Shown: positions 1 through 11,999 of the stretch, in pieces
Numbering within the stretch: the first letter of the stretch is position 1
Layout of the letters: every line of letters starts with the position of its first letter
DNA from: Raillietiella orientalis
Lineage: Eukaryota
Reading direction: 5' to 3'
Assembly: GCA_036172245.1 (NCBI GenBank)
Contig: JAYWIR010000009.1
Coordinates: 2,728,001-2,792,000 of the forward strand
DNA: 64,000 nucleotides
Program-made: the position numbers and the translations under genes
The notes under the pieces: generated by a model
Databases searched by the model: none
What the model was told of the DNA's origin: nothing
The model's input: only the letters and a program-made list of their open reading frames with translations

Positions 1-369
1 CTGCATTCACAGGTTACCCCGGAGGGAGCCCTATAACTTGAAGAGTCACACGCACCCTCAGGTGGCGTCGACAACGTGCAAAACTTCGTGAGCCTTCACA
101 AAGGAGGCGAAGGGTTCTTAAGCACTTGGCGTACCAAATAAACGAAAACCCGAAAAAAAAAAAAAAGTTGGTAGGAAAGCAGCAAAAACAGGAGGGCCCA
201 AAAGGATTTCCGCCACCCTAACGAAATCCTATGGAAGAATAGCACCAAACACCCGTGTTTCTGATGTTCGGAGAAATCAGTGCGTCAAAAGAACTCTTGA
301 AGAAGAAAAAAAGTACCCTTAAAGGGCTAGCAAAGGAAGACTGATTTATGCGGTGGAACAGCTAGCTAC

Positions 370-830
370 CCTGTACCAGCCCGCGAGTCTACGAGATGCA
401 ATCAACAAGCGATCGAGGCAAATTATCAACGCAGCCAACTCAGAAACAGCAGGTTCCTGGGAGACTCAAAAGAGTGGCCCGGCGATGGGACGCAGGGCAG
501 CAACATAGAATGATAACTTGCGAGGAATGCAGAGCCTGTCGAGGGAAAGGGAGAAGCGGTGCAGATCCGAGGTACAAGCAGAGAACACTGTTGCTCCTCC
601 CCTTTGAGCTTCTGCAAAGAGGAGCCACGAGCGACCTTAAGAGGAACAGCACAAGTAGCTTGGAACTGCCGGCAAAGCGTGAGCTGGCCATGCTCTGTCT
701 GCATCTCGTTCACTTGCCCCGCCCATTTTCACAATGTCCCGTCTGCAGCAACTCGCCACGGTTGTGTGCGTTCTCCTGCTCCTCCGACCCGAGCGACCTT
801 TCATCTTGCAAGGTGGCTTGAGAAGAGCAT
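370..830 (-). pseudogene. Decayed LRR (RLK/RLP ectodomain-like) fragment
   Basis: Frame-broken LRR-like peptides SSLQKLK, HSFESPRNLLFLS and DNLPRSLVDCIS* resemble the plant LRR consensus LxxLxLxxNxLSGxIPxxLG. Confidence 0.35.
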
Positions 831-1466
831 CTTAGTGGGAGACACAGCAAGAGGCAAAATGTGCTTCATGAGTAGTCGGTGCACAGGCCGAGATCTCATA
901 ATAGGTCGGGGTGTTTCCTCGATGCTGCCACATGGAAATCCAATGCGAATCTTCTGGATTCCCTTTCTCTCTTTCCCTTTCAGCTCCCTTTGCTTAGCCA
1001 GATCTGTTTTCCTCTTTGCAAAAGATTCCCGGTTCCATCTCCTATGGGTGGGAAATTTTCGCCAACTGCTTCAGGACACATGCAGCTACTTGACCATCCT
1101 TCCACCTTTGAAGACTCAGACTCACTTCTGTGTTGCTTACATGAGAAATTCCCTTTGCTTGCGTTCGGAAGCCGGAAGAAAAGATGAGGAAGGAAGTGGA
1201 TGCAAAAGGGCGCTTGAGCTCCATGAGGATATGCAATGAAGCATTTCTCTGGGCAGCACTATGGGATTTCGTGCCAGCTGAACAAAAGAATTCCGTTGCG
1301 CAGAAAACGGGAAGCGGAAAGGAAAACTACTTGTATTTCAAACATCCGATGGAATGGCGTCCGATGGCGTTCTTATTTGGGTCCTTAATTTGAATATCCA
1401 CCCAAATCAAAGGACCCAAATAAGAACGCCGCGCATGGAACTCATGCCGGAAGCAGAACAGTTCCC

Positions 1467-1720
1467 GTGTTTGCGTTAATGATTCCCGTCGTATTAGTGG
1501 CAAGCGAAGATTTTCGAGGAAGCGTAGGGGGGACACCTGGGTACATGCGGCAAGCGCTTCATGGGGAGGCAGTCGATTCCTCGTATCCCTTCCACACGAC
1601 AGCAAGGATCTTGTCTTCAGCATGGCCCTGCACCAAATCCAAGCGCTGTGTTCCCAATCCGTGATGCTGGAACAGGATCGCATGCTCCGATGACGTGTGG
1701 GCGTTCTGAGCTTTCTCCCA
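1467..1720 (+). pseudogene. Protein kinase C-lobe remnant (RLK-like)
   Basis: RGSVGGTPGYM resembles subdomain VIII (GTxGY[LM]xPE). DDVWAF* near 1690 is subdomain IX-like. The fragment is short and disrupted. Confidence 0.35.
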
Positions 1721-1849
1721 AGTAATTTGAACATCCATCAGTCTCCTCCCCGAGTCTACCTCACCTACTCAGCTGCACACGACCGGTTCCTCCCTCTTTC
1801 CTGGAATGCCACTGCAGGTCTGCTCCTGAGGACGCCTGCGAAATGTCAA

Positions 1850-2700
1850 GTCTCGAGGAATAATTCGAAATCCAACACCATGTGGCATTCGTCAGCAGAG
1901 CTCCGAGAATTGCGTCCAACACGTTTCTGCTTCGGCGACCTCCAGAAAATTACAAGGGAAGGAATTTCAGTGGAAGGAAGGTGAGAATTTCCGAGGGAAA
2001 CGAGCTGAAGCTGCCAAATCCTGAGGGATTCACCTCCGACTTGGATGTGCTGGTCCTGATTTTTCAGTTCTGCACAGGACCGAGCATCAAGGAAGGAGAA
2101 ACCTCGCGAGTTTGTTGCTCAGGCTCCGTAATCTTGCATTTGGAAGATTAGGAAGGAAGACTGAGGGTTCTCCAAGCGGGGAGGATGAGGAAAAATCATC
2201 AACGAAGATTTTTCCGAAATGATCCTCTGTTGCGCTCCTTGGCGTGAAGGACCTAAGATTCCACTGATAGCAAAGAGTGATGCCATTCGACCTCAGCAAA
2301 ATTCCACTGGAATATCGAGGGCTGTAAGGAGGAGCCGTTCTTTCATGCGGCACACTTTGCTCCCGGAAGCACAGTTTTCGATGGCTACGTCAACTCTGAA
2401 TTGGCCATTCCGAAGTCAATTCTTTGGAAGTAGAAAACCCAAGCGGTCCCTGTGTTTGCACTGGAGGTTCTTGAACACCCCGCTCGTTGCAGCCAATTTG
2501 GATTTCGGCTTTGGCGGAATGACTCCACTCGGTAAACCCAAAGAAAGTGACGGAAGAATTGCACCCTTCCTCCTGCTCACATCCAGAATAAAATACGCTT
2601 TCCCTGGTCGAGTCAGCTCGTACTCTCGAAGGGACGTTCGGCATGGAGCATTGGACAGTGAAGACAATGAGTTCCATCTAAGCTTCCAGAAAGCTCTCCG
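1850..2700 (-). pseudogene. Decayed LRR fragment
   Basis: FILDVS...LPSGVIPP, LLQRIDFG and SGFGSFSSFPSEIL in shifting frames. Confidence 0.4.
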
Positions 2701-3149
2701 ACAACTCGAGATGTGGCGTCCTTCAAACAGGCTCTCCTCCGCTGGGTCACTTCACCGTCCTGGGATAGGCCATACTGAAGACTGCTTCCGGGAATCGCCA
2801 GTTCAAAAGCGAGAATAGCCAGGACGAAATAAATGCCCGTTCTATCGAGCAACTTGCGTGAAGGCACGCACATTTCTTTATGCGTATCCAAAAAATAAAA
2901 TAAAAACATGCACCTCAAATTGCACGATTGCCCAGAAGGTAAAGAGTGTGGAAAAAAATATTTAGAAATTCGTTATCACGAATATCTGGATGGGACTCTA
3001 GAGGATTGAAATGGGATTGTAATGCTATGCTGGAGCCTCGCTTTTTCACGTGTGCCACGCAAATCTGTTAATCCCCTCAAGACAGTCTTGATCGATTCGC
3101 CGATATAAGAAAAAATCAAATAACACTTTGTCTCGGTTCACATAGGGAG

Positions 3150-5030
3150 ACAGCACCCAGGCATTTTCCAAGTGACCTTTGTACATGGAGTTTTCTTGGA
3201 AATTCATGCTGCTGCTGAAGGCGAAACATGTGCGGTTCTAATAGAACTGACCACACCGAATAGTGCCATGCTCCCACAGAGGCGTGACGTAGCTGAAATT
3301 CTCACTTGTAGCCCACTCGCACTTGCGACTGGAGCCTTTCCTGGAGACTTACCTCCTGGAATCAAGAACTAGTGGGATGCCACGCCCAAATGGATCGTCG
3401 AGGGGGAAGTAACACGGTCCATCGGTCAAGGGTTGCAGCACGAGAGTTCAGGGTGGCAAATTAAGTTTCAAGGAAATCGATAAGGTGCGTATCCGGAGGA
3501 ATGTCAACCAAACGACAGAATAAGTCATGTTCGAATTAAAAATAGGTCGCCATATGTACTAATTCGAGCAATCAGTGCGCAATTTCGGAAGAATTGTCTG
3601 TCTTCATACTAGAGTGCTCCCATCAGTGGCTCCGGCGAAACTGCAGCGACAGTGTTTCCTGCATTTGATTTCCTGCATTGCATTTGACCTTTGCGTGTCA
3701 AACGAAAAAAAACTTTTCCACTTGGAAAACTGTGGGTCTCACCTCGCCTCCTCCGGAGTCGCGTTTCGAACCACATTTCCCCCGAAGCGACTCCGTTGTC
3801 GTCACCAGTCCCCGTTGCTGGGAAAAGCGTTCTGGCTATCATCCCACCCTATTGTCATCGCATCAGTTTGATGCTCCAAAATTGCAAGTGACAATTGGGA
3901 CTGGGATAAAGCGTCAAACGGGATCACGATAAGTTGTAGGACACAAGTTATAGGACATCTTTAGCTGTCGGTCATTTCAGAATAGCTGCTTACAGTGCAA
4001 GGGCTTATGGTGTGCGACATCTATCGAAAAAGAACGGGACAAGCATCGAGCAAATTGATCATGAGAGCAGCTCATGGGCATGAGCCCCATGTGCGTAACT
4101 CATCCGGCCGCCGAACCAAGAAAGCTAGTTCTCTCGGACTAGTTCTGCCACCTCGGAGGTTCCCTTTTGCAGTTTTCCAGTTTCCCGCCCCACGCAGTGG
4201 CATGCGTGTCCAGAGAAACGCAGTGCAAAGGCTGCTCTTCAAAGGGAAAAGCGGGTGGGCTCTGCAGGTCGGACCGGGGTCGGACCACACCCCCTCGTCC
4301 AACCGATGAACGAAGCACTCGGTTGTCATACGAGTGCTGCTTGAGGATCCGCAGTTTATGAAGAAAGAAAAAATCTTGATTTTCCAGGCTGGGAAGTGTC
4401 CTCGTCTGAGTGTGGATCCGCTTCCCTCCTGAGATCGGTTCCTTCGGAGAGGGCCTCGGTCATGCGCTCTTCTGCGAGCTCACTGAGAACGTGGGAATGC
4501 ATCGTCTGGATGTGGAAAAACGCTCCGTCGGGATGCCGAACGAAGCTGCAAAGATGAGCTCGAAGCTTTTGGTGCAATCTACTTTTCCGGGGTCTGCTTT
4601 CAGCATCGTCAACTGCTCTTTGGCATGAAAAAAAGCTGGCAAAGGCTGCGATTGAATTGTAAAGCCGACGCATCTCCCAAAAGTACCACCTCGTTAGTCC
4701 CACTCCCTCGTGCTTTCGAACCGACTTGGCTCGCTCCATTTGTGATCCAGAACGACTGGCTTGGCCTTCATTCGACTGGTGCCCTGCAATGGCTGGATCC
4801 TGGACCTCGAAAATTTTCTCGAATGTTCTCCGGCGAAAGCCAGCCGGCTGCCGCCAGAGACTTCAAGATGCCTCCACCCGCGAGATCATTTCTGGCGCCG
4901 CTGTGGTTCCCGGCTTCCCGCATCTGTGAACCCGGAGAATAAACACCAAAGGGAAGATCACGCAGCTTCCCTTCTGCTCACAGCAACTTCCTTCCTTCCG
5001 GTATCCCCCCTCTTCTGTGCGGAATGATCG
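3150..5030 (+). pseudogene. Decayed LRR-RLK ectodomain
   Basis: GAFPGDLPPGIKN*, HLISCIAFDL, FRTTFPP, FPPEIGSF, IVNCSL and ALQWLDPGPRKFS across several broken ORFs. Confidence 0.55.
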
Positions 5031-5199
5031 TCTAGAAGTGCGTCGATGCGTGGCAATGGCGTCGCGCCTCTCTTAATTTTCCCACTTTCCGACTTTCCCT
5101 AAATGGCTGCTCGAGCCCTTGAGCTGGGAACATCAGGACTGGCATTCCAGAAAACTTTCGGAGGACGAATGGGTCGAATGAGTAGGGTAATGAACTAGA

Positions 5200-6500
5200 T
5201 GACCTCGGGTTTTCTAGCCCGTGCCTACAGGGTTTGCTTGCTCAAATAGATGGATGCGTGTGTTGGAGCAAATTTTCCAAGTGCGTATGGGAAAAGGAAA
5301 GACGGTAGCCCTTCGAGACCAAGAGCGAAATTAGAATCGGGGAGGCTGCATTTCGGATCATCTCTCGAGCACTGCTTCTTGCCGTTCCTCCTCCGATGCA
5401 CGTGCACGTAGCTGTCTTCGCGGGTCCTTGAATGCCTTTCACCTTTCAAGAGAGAAATCCGAAGATTGGTGAGATGTTGTCTTCTCATTCATGCGCAGCA
5501 TCTGCGGAAGACAGCGGGGCATTCATCTTCTAAAAGCATCCTCTCAAAGGATGCATGCAAGTCGACTCCGTTCTTTCGGAGGCGACTTCGGGCAGCTTGG
5601 AATCCAAACAGAAAACGGAAGATCCATCCCACTGGTGGCTGGATGAAGGAGCTGCAGGTGCGCGACCTGAAACCTCCCGTAAGTTGACCGCTTCACCAGG
5701 AGACAGGGAAAAAGCGGAGGCAAAATCGTTCTTTCTCTGCTCTCCCCCTGTTTTGGAACAGTCCTCCAACTGTTCGGGATCTGGGCAATTTCCTCTTGAA
5801 TCGGCATCGTTCGCGTGATTATTTTGTGGTTGAATCGAAGACGACATGACAACCCTTCCATTGCTCCATAGTCTTGCAGCTATTTCGTTGGAATTGCTGC
5901 CATTCTGGATGCGACCATTCATCTTTCGAGGAAGGCAAATTCTGAAGGATGCTTTCCACATGTCTGCTTCCATTTAGCACAACAAGAGATAGAAAGTGAC
6001 GAATGCTTCGAAACTAGAATTTGGAAAAGGCGGGGGGGAGGAGGGGATGCCGTAGAATGCCATCCGCCCCACGCTGCGGTTGAGACGACGGCGTCTTCCG
6101 TGGAGGCGGCCCGGAGCGCGAAACGATTCGCTCAGCAGCACGAAGGGTCCCCGCATCCGCCCACAAAGAGTTCCTGGACCGGACAGGAGGAATCGGAACC
6201 CAACTCGTGACCACGCATGTCGAGCCCGCGATCCTCTGGGTAGGTGCGGGGGGTGGTGGGCAAGGGAGGCTAGAACCTCTCCGCATCTCCCAATTTTCCC
6301 GGAAACGCATCGGGAGCTGCCTGCGATCATCTGGCAGAGTGCATTCCGAGAGAAATTGATGGACGCGCCCGGTCCGCGCGTTTCCCGGACGCGAATTGAA
6401 TGGACGCTGCGAGTGCGCACGCGCTCGCGTGCACGGCGTCCGTCGAGATTCGATTAGCGCAGGCTTTTTTCTCCAGCCTCCGAAACATCTCACGTTAGCG
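5200..6500 (-). pseudogene. Decayed LRR fragments (probably two pieces)
   Basis: INFSRNAL, GPGTLCG (C-cap-like), IQEEIAQ, PEQLEDCSK, HLTNLRISLL and ALGKF...IYLSKQTL. Confidence 0.45.
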
Positions 6501-7779
6501 TTGATCGTGTCTCGCTCTTTCTTTGCTCGCAGCTTAAGAATTCAACAGTGCCGTTCTTTGTCTTAATGGACAGGGCATTCAGCACTGAATTACTTTGGAT
6601 TCTTCTGAATGGTTCCCTCGTTTAAGTTCTGCCGAGTTACGTCCCTCGGAAGGTTTAATGGATTCCTTCTTTGTTGGAGCTGCTCCCATCCCGAATGACG
6701 GGTCCTCTCGCAGGCAGTTTAAGTTTTTCGGGAAGTTAATTGAATTAAACGAGGTCAGATGGGGTGTCGGATGGAACTCTGCTCTCAGGGACAAGTCGCC
6801 ACGGTCGATTTCGCGCGAATTCGCACGAAATTTCGTGATCACGTGACAAATTGGGATTCCTCCTGGAAAGCGGACACATCACACGCGCACACGAAAAAGA
6901 AAAAAAACGGAGACCCTTCCTTCGCTCCTAGGGAAAAAAAGATGCCTCTTTGTCCTGGGTTTCTGCGTCGATCAGAATAAAGCGACTGCCAGCGTCTCAG
7001 TTTCACCTGAGGCGTGGAAGGCATGCCAGAAATCATCAACCACAGGCGTTTCCGAGGCGGCGTCAGAAAGTGACGCCAGAAACTCATTTGGACTCACCAT
7101 CGTGCCAGTCTCCGGTTCCAGGGCGTCGGCGGACCTGACTGATATCTTCGGGAGTCCATTCCATTAAAACAGATGCAGCCACCGACGCTTTTAATTGGAA
7201 AAGTGTGTTGCAAAGAGTCTCTGACTGGAAGGTCACGATCCTTTGAATTGAATTCCGGCGACGTCATCCACAAGAAGGAATGATCCACTCAAAGCGGTCC
7301 AGCTTACGACGACCAGAGGCTGCGTGAAGAAACAGCGTGAAAAGAGGACTCCTTTGAAACACTTTCGCGTCGCGACTTCAGGACATGGGATCAGACCCGA
7401 TGTCCCCTATGCCTCTAGCCACGCAAGTGTGCAATTTCACTGGGCATGGTCCACTGCGCCATGGATATCCATCCTTTATTATTCTCCGTATTCTAGAGTA
7501 CTCTTGGCTTCAAAGCGAAAAGTGGGTTCGAAGGCTCAAAAACTAAAGAGAGAGTTGAAGCTCTCTAAAATCCTAACGGTGATGCTACGCAGTGGTGTTT
7601 TAATGATGCTTTAGGTGGATCATAGTGAAAGGCAGCGTTTGGAGCAGACGACTGGTGGACTTGGACTCACTGGAAGCGGCACAAAGGAAGATCTGCGAGG
7701 GGCGCACTTGAGCGAGTACCAGTTTTTTATTGTTTTGATTTACAGTAAGATAACATGTTTCAGCAGGTGCTCTTGATAT

Positions 7780-8340
7780 TCTTCCGGAATTCTTCCTCTG
7801 TTCACCTTGGACCCTCGTCGCCTTTCAGCCTCTCGCTTCCTCGGCTTCCTGTTCTTCATCTCTCGAGAGCCGACCACTGGGGTTTACCTGCTGCATCTAT
7901 TTGTCGGTCCTTCGTGTGAACGTGGACCGCATAGACGTCTCTCGAGTACCGGATGCACGAAGCCACCATCCAGTGCCTCGTCCTCTCCAAATTCTTTTTT
8001 TGGAATCCCAAGGTCCTTTAGTACTTCCTCATGACCTGGACCCCAGGCTGCCAGAGAGTCAACGATGAAAGCATGCACCCTTCATTGCTTCCCCTCCCTT
8101 CCCAGCTGGAAGGCCTTTTCTTGCACGCTTCCTGTTTTCTGCTCCTAGCTGCGCTGAGAGCCTCTCCTCCACCCTCATACGGGGCAGCAGACGTCCAGCA
8201 CTATGAACCGGTTTCTTTTTTCATCACAAAGTCCGGTCTTAAGAGGGAGTTCATTCCTGGAGCTCTTTGGTCAGTGGGCACTAGGATCCACACTAGGGGT
8301 GTTGTTTTACCCTCATTGAAGATTCGAATCGCACCATTTA
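7780..8340 (+). pseudogene. Decayed LRR fragment
   Basis: NSFFGIPRSFS, LPSQLEGLFLH and FIPGALWS. Confidence 0.35.
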
Positions 8341-8349
8341 GGAACTAGG

Positions 8350-9050
8350 ACTCCAGTTGGGCGGAGCAAAGCTGCGGCGGGTTTTAGATGAAAGGGAGAT
8401 TCGTGACCAATGAGGATGAATTCGATCAGCCGCTGACAATCCTTTGAGCGTTGGACGCTGAAAAGCAAAGGACTCTCTTCGAAACTCACAAACTCCGCGG
8501 ACCTTTCAAGGGATGCAGGCTTGAAGGAAAATGCAAGGGCAGGAGAGTTCACGAAGAGAATGGCATCCGGCGGTGAACGGATTCGTTCCCAGATGGCATT
8601 TCTCTTTGAAAAGTTTCTTCAAAGAAGGGTTTGGAGAAGACGATAGTACTCAGATGACAGCACGAGCAAAAGTCAGTTGGAGTTGGAAGATAGCTTAGAG
8701 TCCTTCTGCCTACCTTCCTTTCTACATGTGTTCCGCCGAATGACCTAAACTCTCGACCTGGCACAGAACCTTGTAGGAATTCATCTCCAAGAATCATCAG
8801 CGTAGATGTCAACAGTTAGTAGCAGGGGTCGATCTACTGACCCAGGGTCAGTATATTGAGAGCGTTACTGTGAAACATCGCTAGCTGGCGGCGTAAAATC
8901 AGGACATCCCAGAAACAAATTGAAAGCTAAAGACGGACCCAACTCGCCAGGCAGAAGGGAGGGTACACCGCGCTTGGAGCGGTGTACTTTCCCTTGGTAG
9001 CAGGGGTCACGTGCTCCTTGGAGTATTCAGCAATGGTACTGGAAGAGGCA
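8350..9050 (-). pseudogene. Decayed LRR fragment
   Basis: LMILGDEFLQGSVP, PTDFCSCCHLSTIVFS, FQREMPSG and KDCQRLIEFIL. Confidence 0.5.
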
Positions 9051-9573
9051 AGGCAGAGCGCGCTTTCTAAAGAATACCAAGCCACACTGAGAGCGTACGT
9101 CGTGGCGTCCCTACGAGATACCGAGAGAATAAAAGATTCCCGGGACACAGGCAGAATACTTCGAAAAAAAAAAAAAAAAAAGGATGATGTGCCCGAAAGT
9201 CCAGCATTCCCGAGATGTGTGTTAAGTTGTCAGATGTTTCCTCGTCCGTACTGAAAGAATCATCAGGAATCACAGCCAGGTGTCATTCAAACCAGAAGAG
9301 GAGAATCAGATGGGAGTTGCTTCCTTTCATCCTCTTGAAGCCCTCTGCTGATACATTCTGCAGCATGAAGCGTTAAATCTCCGTTCGCGCTCGAACTGTC
9401 CATTTCGGGTCAAGCTCAGAGCACACTTTTAGGCAGGGAGATCAGATTCTTAGCTTTGCTGATACACCAGCATTCAGGATCACCGTGGTGCTTCTGAGCA
9501 CTTGCTTGAGGAGTCGCGGTAGCCCCTTAATGCAAGTCTCGCATCAGGTTTTTATCCCATTTAGGCGCTTGGA

Positions 9574-11920
9574 ATGAGGAGAGAGAAAAAAAAATCCGAA
9601 TTCGTTCCTGGGGGAAGCCGTACCTTCTGGTCCTCCCTTCCTAGACAACAGCATCGCCTCTGGTTCTTCATATCGCCTGTGGAACCCGCAAGACCCACTG
9701 ACATGTTAGTCATGACGGAGAAAGAGCATGCGGTGATCGGCCCGCTGGAAGCCGGTGTCTCCTTGCAGGGGCCAAGAGGGACAGTTGAACATTCGCGGGT
9801 CCTTTTCGTTTCCCGGACCCAGTTGAACGCGGCACGCGGTGGGGGAGCTTCAGGGGAATGTCTGGCCGGCATATCACTGTCGCGGGCCATTTCACCAGTG
9901 ACAAATGGCACGTGCGATAGAAGCCGGAACGTCCCACAAGTTCGGACACAGGCTCTCCTGGAGCACAGGACCATCCGCGCATTGCAGCGAAGCCGAGAGG
10001 AAGTTTCCGATGGGAAAATTTTCTCGACGGCCGCGGTTTCTCGTCCCTCGCTTTTCTGAAGAGCACTTCCCTCCGGGATCGGCTCAGGGCTTCGTGTCCG
10101 CTCGCGGCGGAAGGCAGGGATCAGTTTGGCGGTTTTGACGGACAGGATTTGGCAGGCAGTGCTGCCAAGCAAACTGGCTGGGAACGAGCGAATTCCGGAA
10201 AACTTCAAAAGGATCCTTCCTCCTTCCATCCGGCGACTGCGCCATCGGATGGAAGGAGGTGTAGATTCGTTAACATCGAAGATAATTCGTTTATAATAGG
10301 TGGCGAGATAGGATTATATAATCATGACTACTCCTCTATAGGGACTGCTTGATTAACTATTTGCCATTTGTTATAACAGATTGCTCAGATGTCATATGTG
10401 CTCCTGACGCCATATTGTCAGGCGCAGACATGACGTCAGAACATTCAAGTAGAAGGGAGAAGGCACCTAAAATGGTGTACGAGGATCATTCCTGGAGGCC
10501 TGAGGATAAAATCCGTGATACGTCTTGATGGCCTATTCTAACTCTACCTCACTCAAAGAACCTGTTAAAATCATCTTTCCGTTAGCAAGTGCGTCCTTGC
10601 ATTGAGGCGAATTTCTTTTTTTTGGCACGCTGGAAGACCGGCACGGTCATCTTCAAAAATGACACGATGCTCTCCCCAAACTGCTCTGACCGTTGGCTCC
10701 TTAGTCTTCTCTCGGAGGAAACCAAGCGGGGATTAATCGTGAGAATGCAACCACACTCCGTGCAAGATTTCGGTGCCCTTGAATTCCTTCCTGTTAGAGC
10801 CTGGAGTCTCGGGAACTTTAGAAAGGGAAAACACCTGCCTCCCAAACATCAGGGATCTCTCAGACGAGTTGTGACGTGAAAACCGTTTTGGGGACGAATT
10901 CTGGAAGATGCAGCTGGGTATCTGCATTTCAGATGAGTAAGTAGGATGCCAACTGACGTCACGTAGCGGAACATGTGCTCGTGATCGCCGTAGCTAAACA
11001 GTCGGTGTTTAAACTTCCAGGACTTTCTAGCTTCTCATCAGCAGGTTCTTCTGGCATCTCGTTAGCGCTCGAGCCCTCAGCAGCGAGGATAAAGTGATCC
11101 TCTTTTGATTCGCTGATACTCTAAGCCCAGAAAGAGAATTTTCAAGTGCTTAAAGACCATCTGAAGGAGGATGTCTGGGTGCTCGTCTGATGTGGGACAG
11201 CGGATTCCGTATCTACAGCTACTGTGGATAGTAGACAACGCGTTCTATCTCTCGTGCCTTATGAGGTGCGTCCTGCCTTCGGTTTACCTCGTGTTTTATT
11301 CGGGACTGCCAGCCGTAAGCACGCGTTCTGCGATGCCATTAATCATGTGCTCAAGAATGATAAATGATTTTCGCTAAAACACACGCTCATTGACATAAAA
11401 ATCTCTTGGAGATGGCTTTCCTCTGCTCATGACATCTCATTACGTTAATGGCGTCTGCATAGCGGCTGTTTTTCGATAGGACCGATATAGAGATAACATG
11501 GAATCCAATTAAATTTTGTTCTTCCATGTTTCCCTGACACGCAGTTTCCATGTTCTCAGAGCTTCATTCATAGAACAGCAATTAAAAACGACTGCTACTG
11601 CTAGTGGATTTTGCTGTTTCCAAGTCCTCCGTTCATTTCCGTGAAAAATGGTGAGTGATTGATGGTGGAACCCTCGATGATGGGGTGTGTGCACTGTACT
11701 TTAATATCGCATCCCACTTCAACACGAACACACAACAGAGTGGGAATGGATGTTGCGATTTCGAAGAATCGAGGACGACGCTTTCATCTGTAAGAGCTGC
11801 TCCTTTAAGTGCTGCAGCTGTGAAAAGATCAGCCGAGAGAGCACGGCTACAAGAAGCACACATCGTGCAGCCCGCATTGTCCCGATATCTCCCATCTGCC
11901 CAACCATCGCACGTTTACTG
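9574..11920 (+). pseudogene. Decayed LRR-RLK (LRR then kinase; LRR-XI-like)
   Basis: The LRR part has RVLFVSRTQL, ILPPSIRRL, FVNIEDNSF and QDFGALEFL. Kinase remnants follow in the expected order: HLKEDV.. (~11160, cf. LKEDNVIG), HKNLL, FIHR (~11565) and LVDFAVSK (11601-11624, cf. LADFGVAK). Many stops and frameshifts. Confidence 0.6.
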
Positions 11921-11999
11921 ATTCAGATAGGAAAATTATTTCGCGATTCCTCTTAAGCCAAACAACTGAACCACGTTTAAACACCCTTAAACTGAACAA

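Noticed and set aside
9164..9181. Homopolymer A/T tracts (also ~153, ~53084, ~54322) as retrocopy tails
   Set aside because: No TSDs or 3' gene ends could be tied to them. The 54.3 kb T-tract is inside a LINE 3' UTR.
7380..9565. Isolated PPR-like words GIRPD (~7390, +) and NGIKPD (~9550, -)
   Set aside because: Five- to six-residue matches without convincing surrounding repeat structure.
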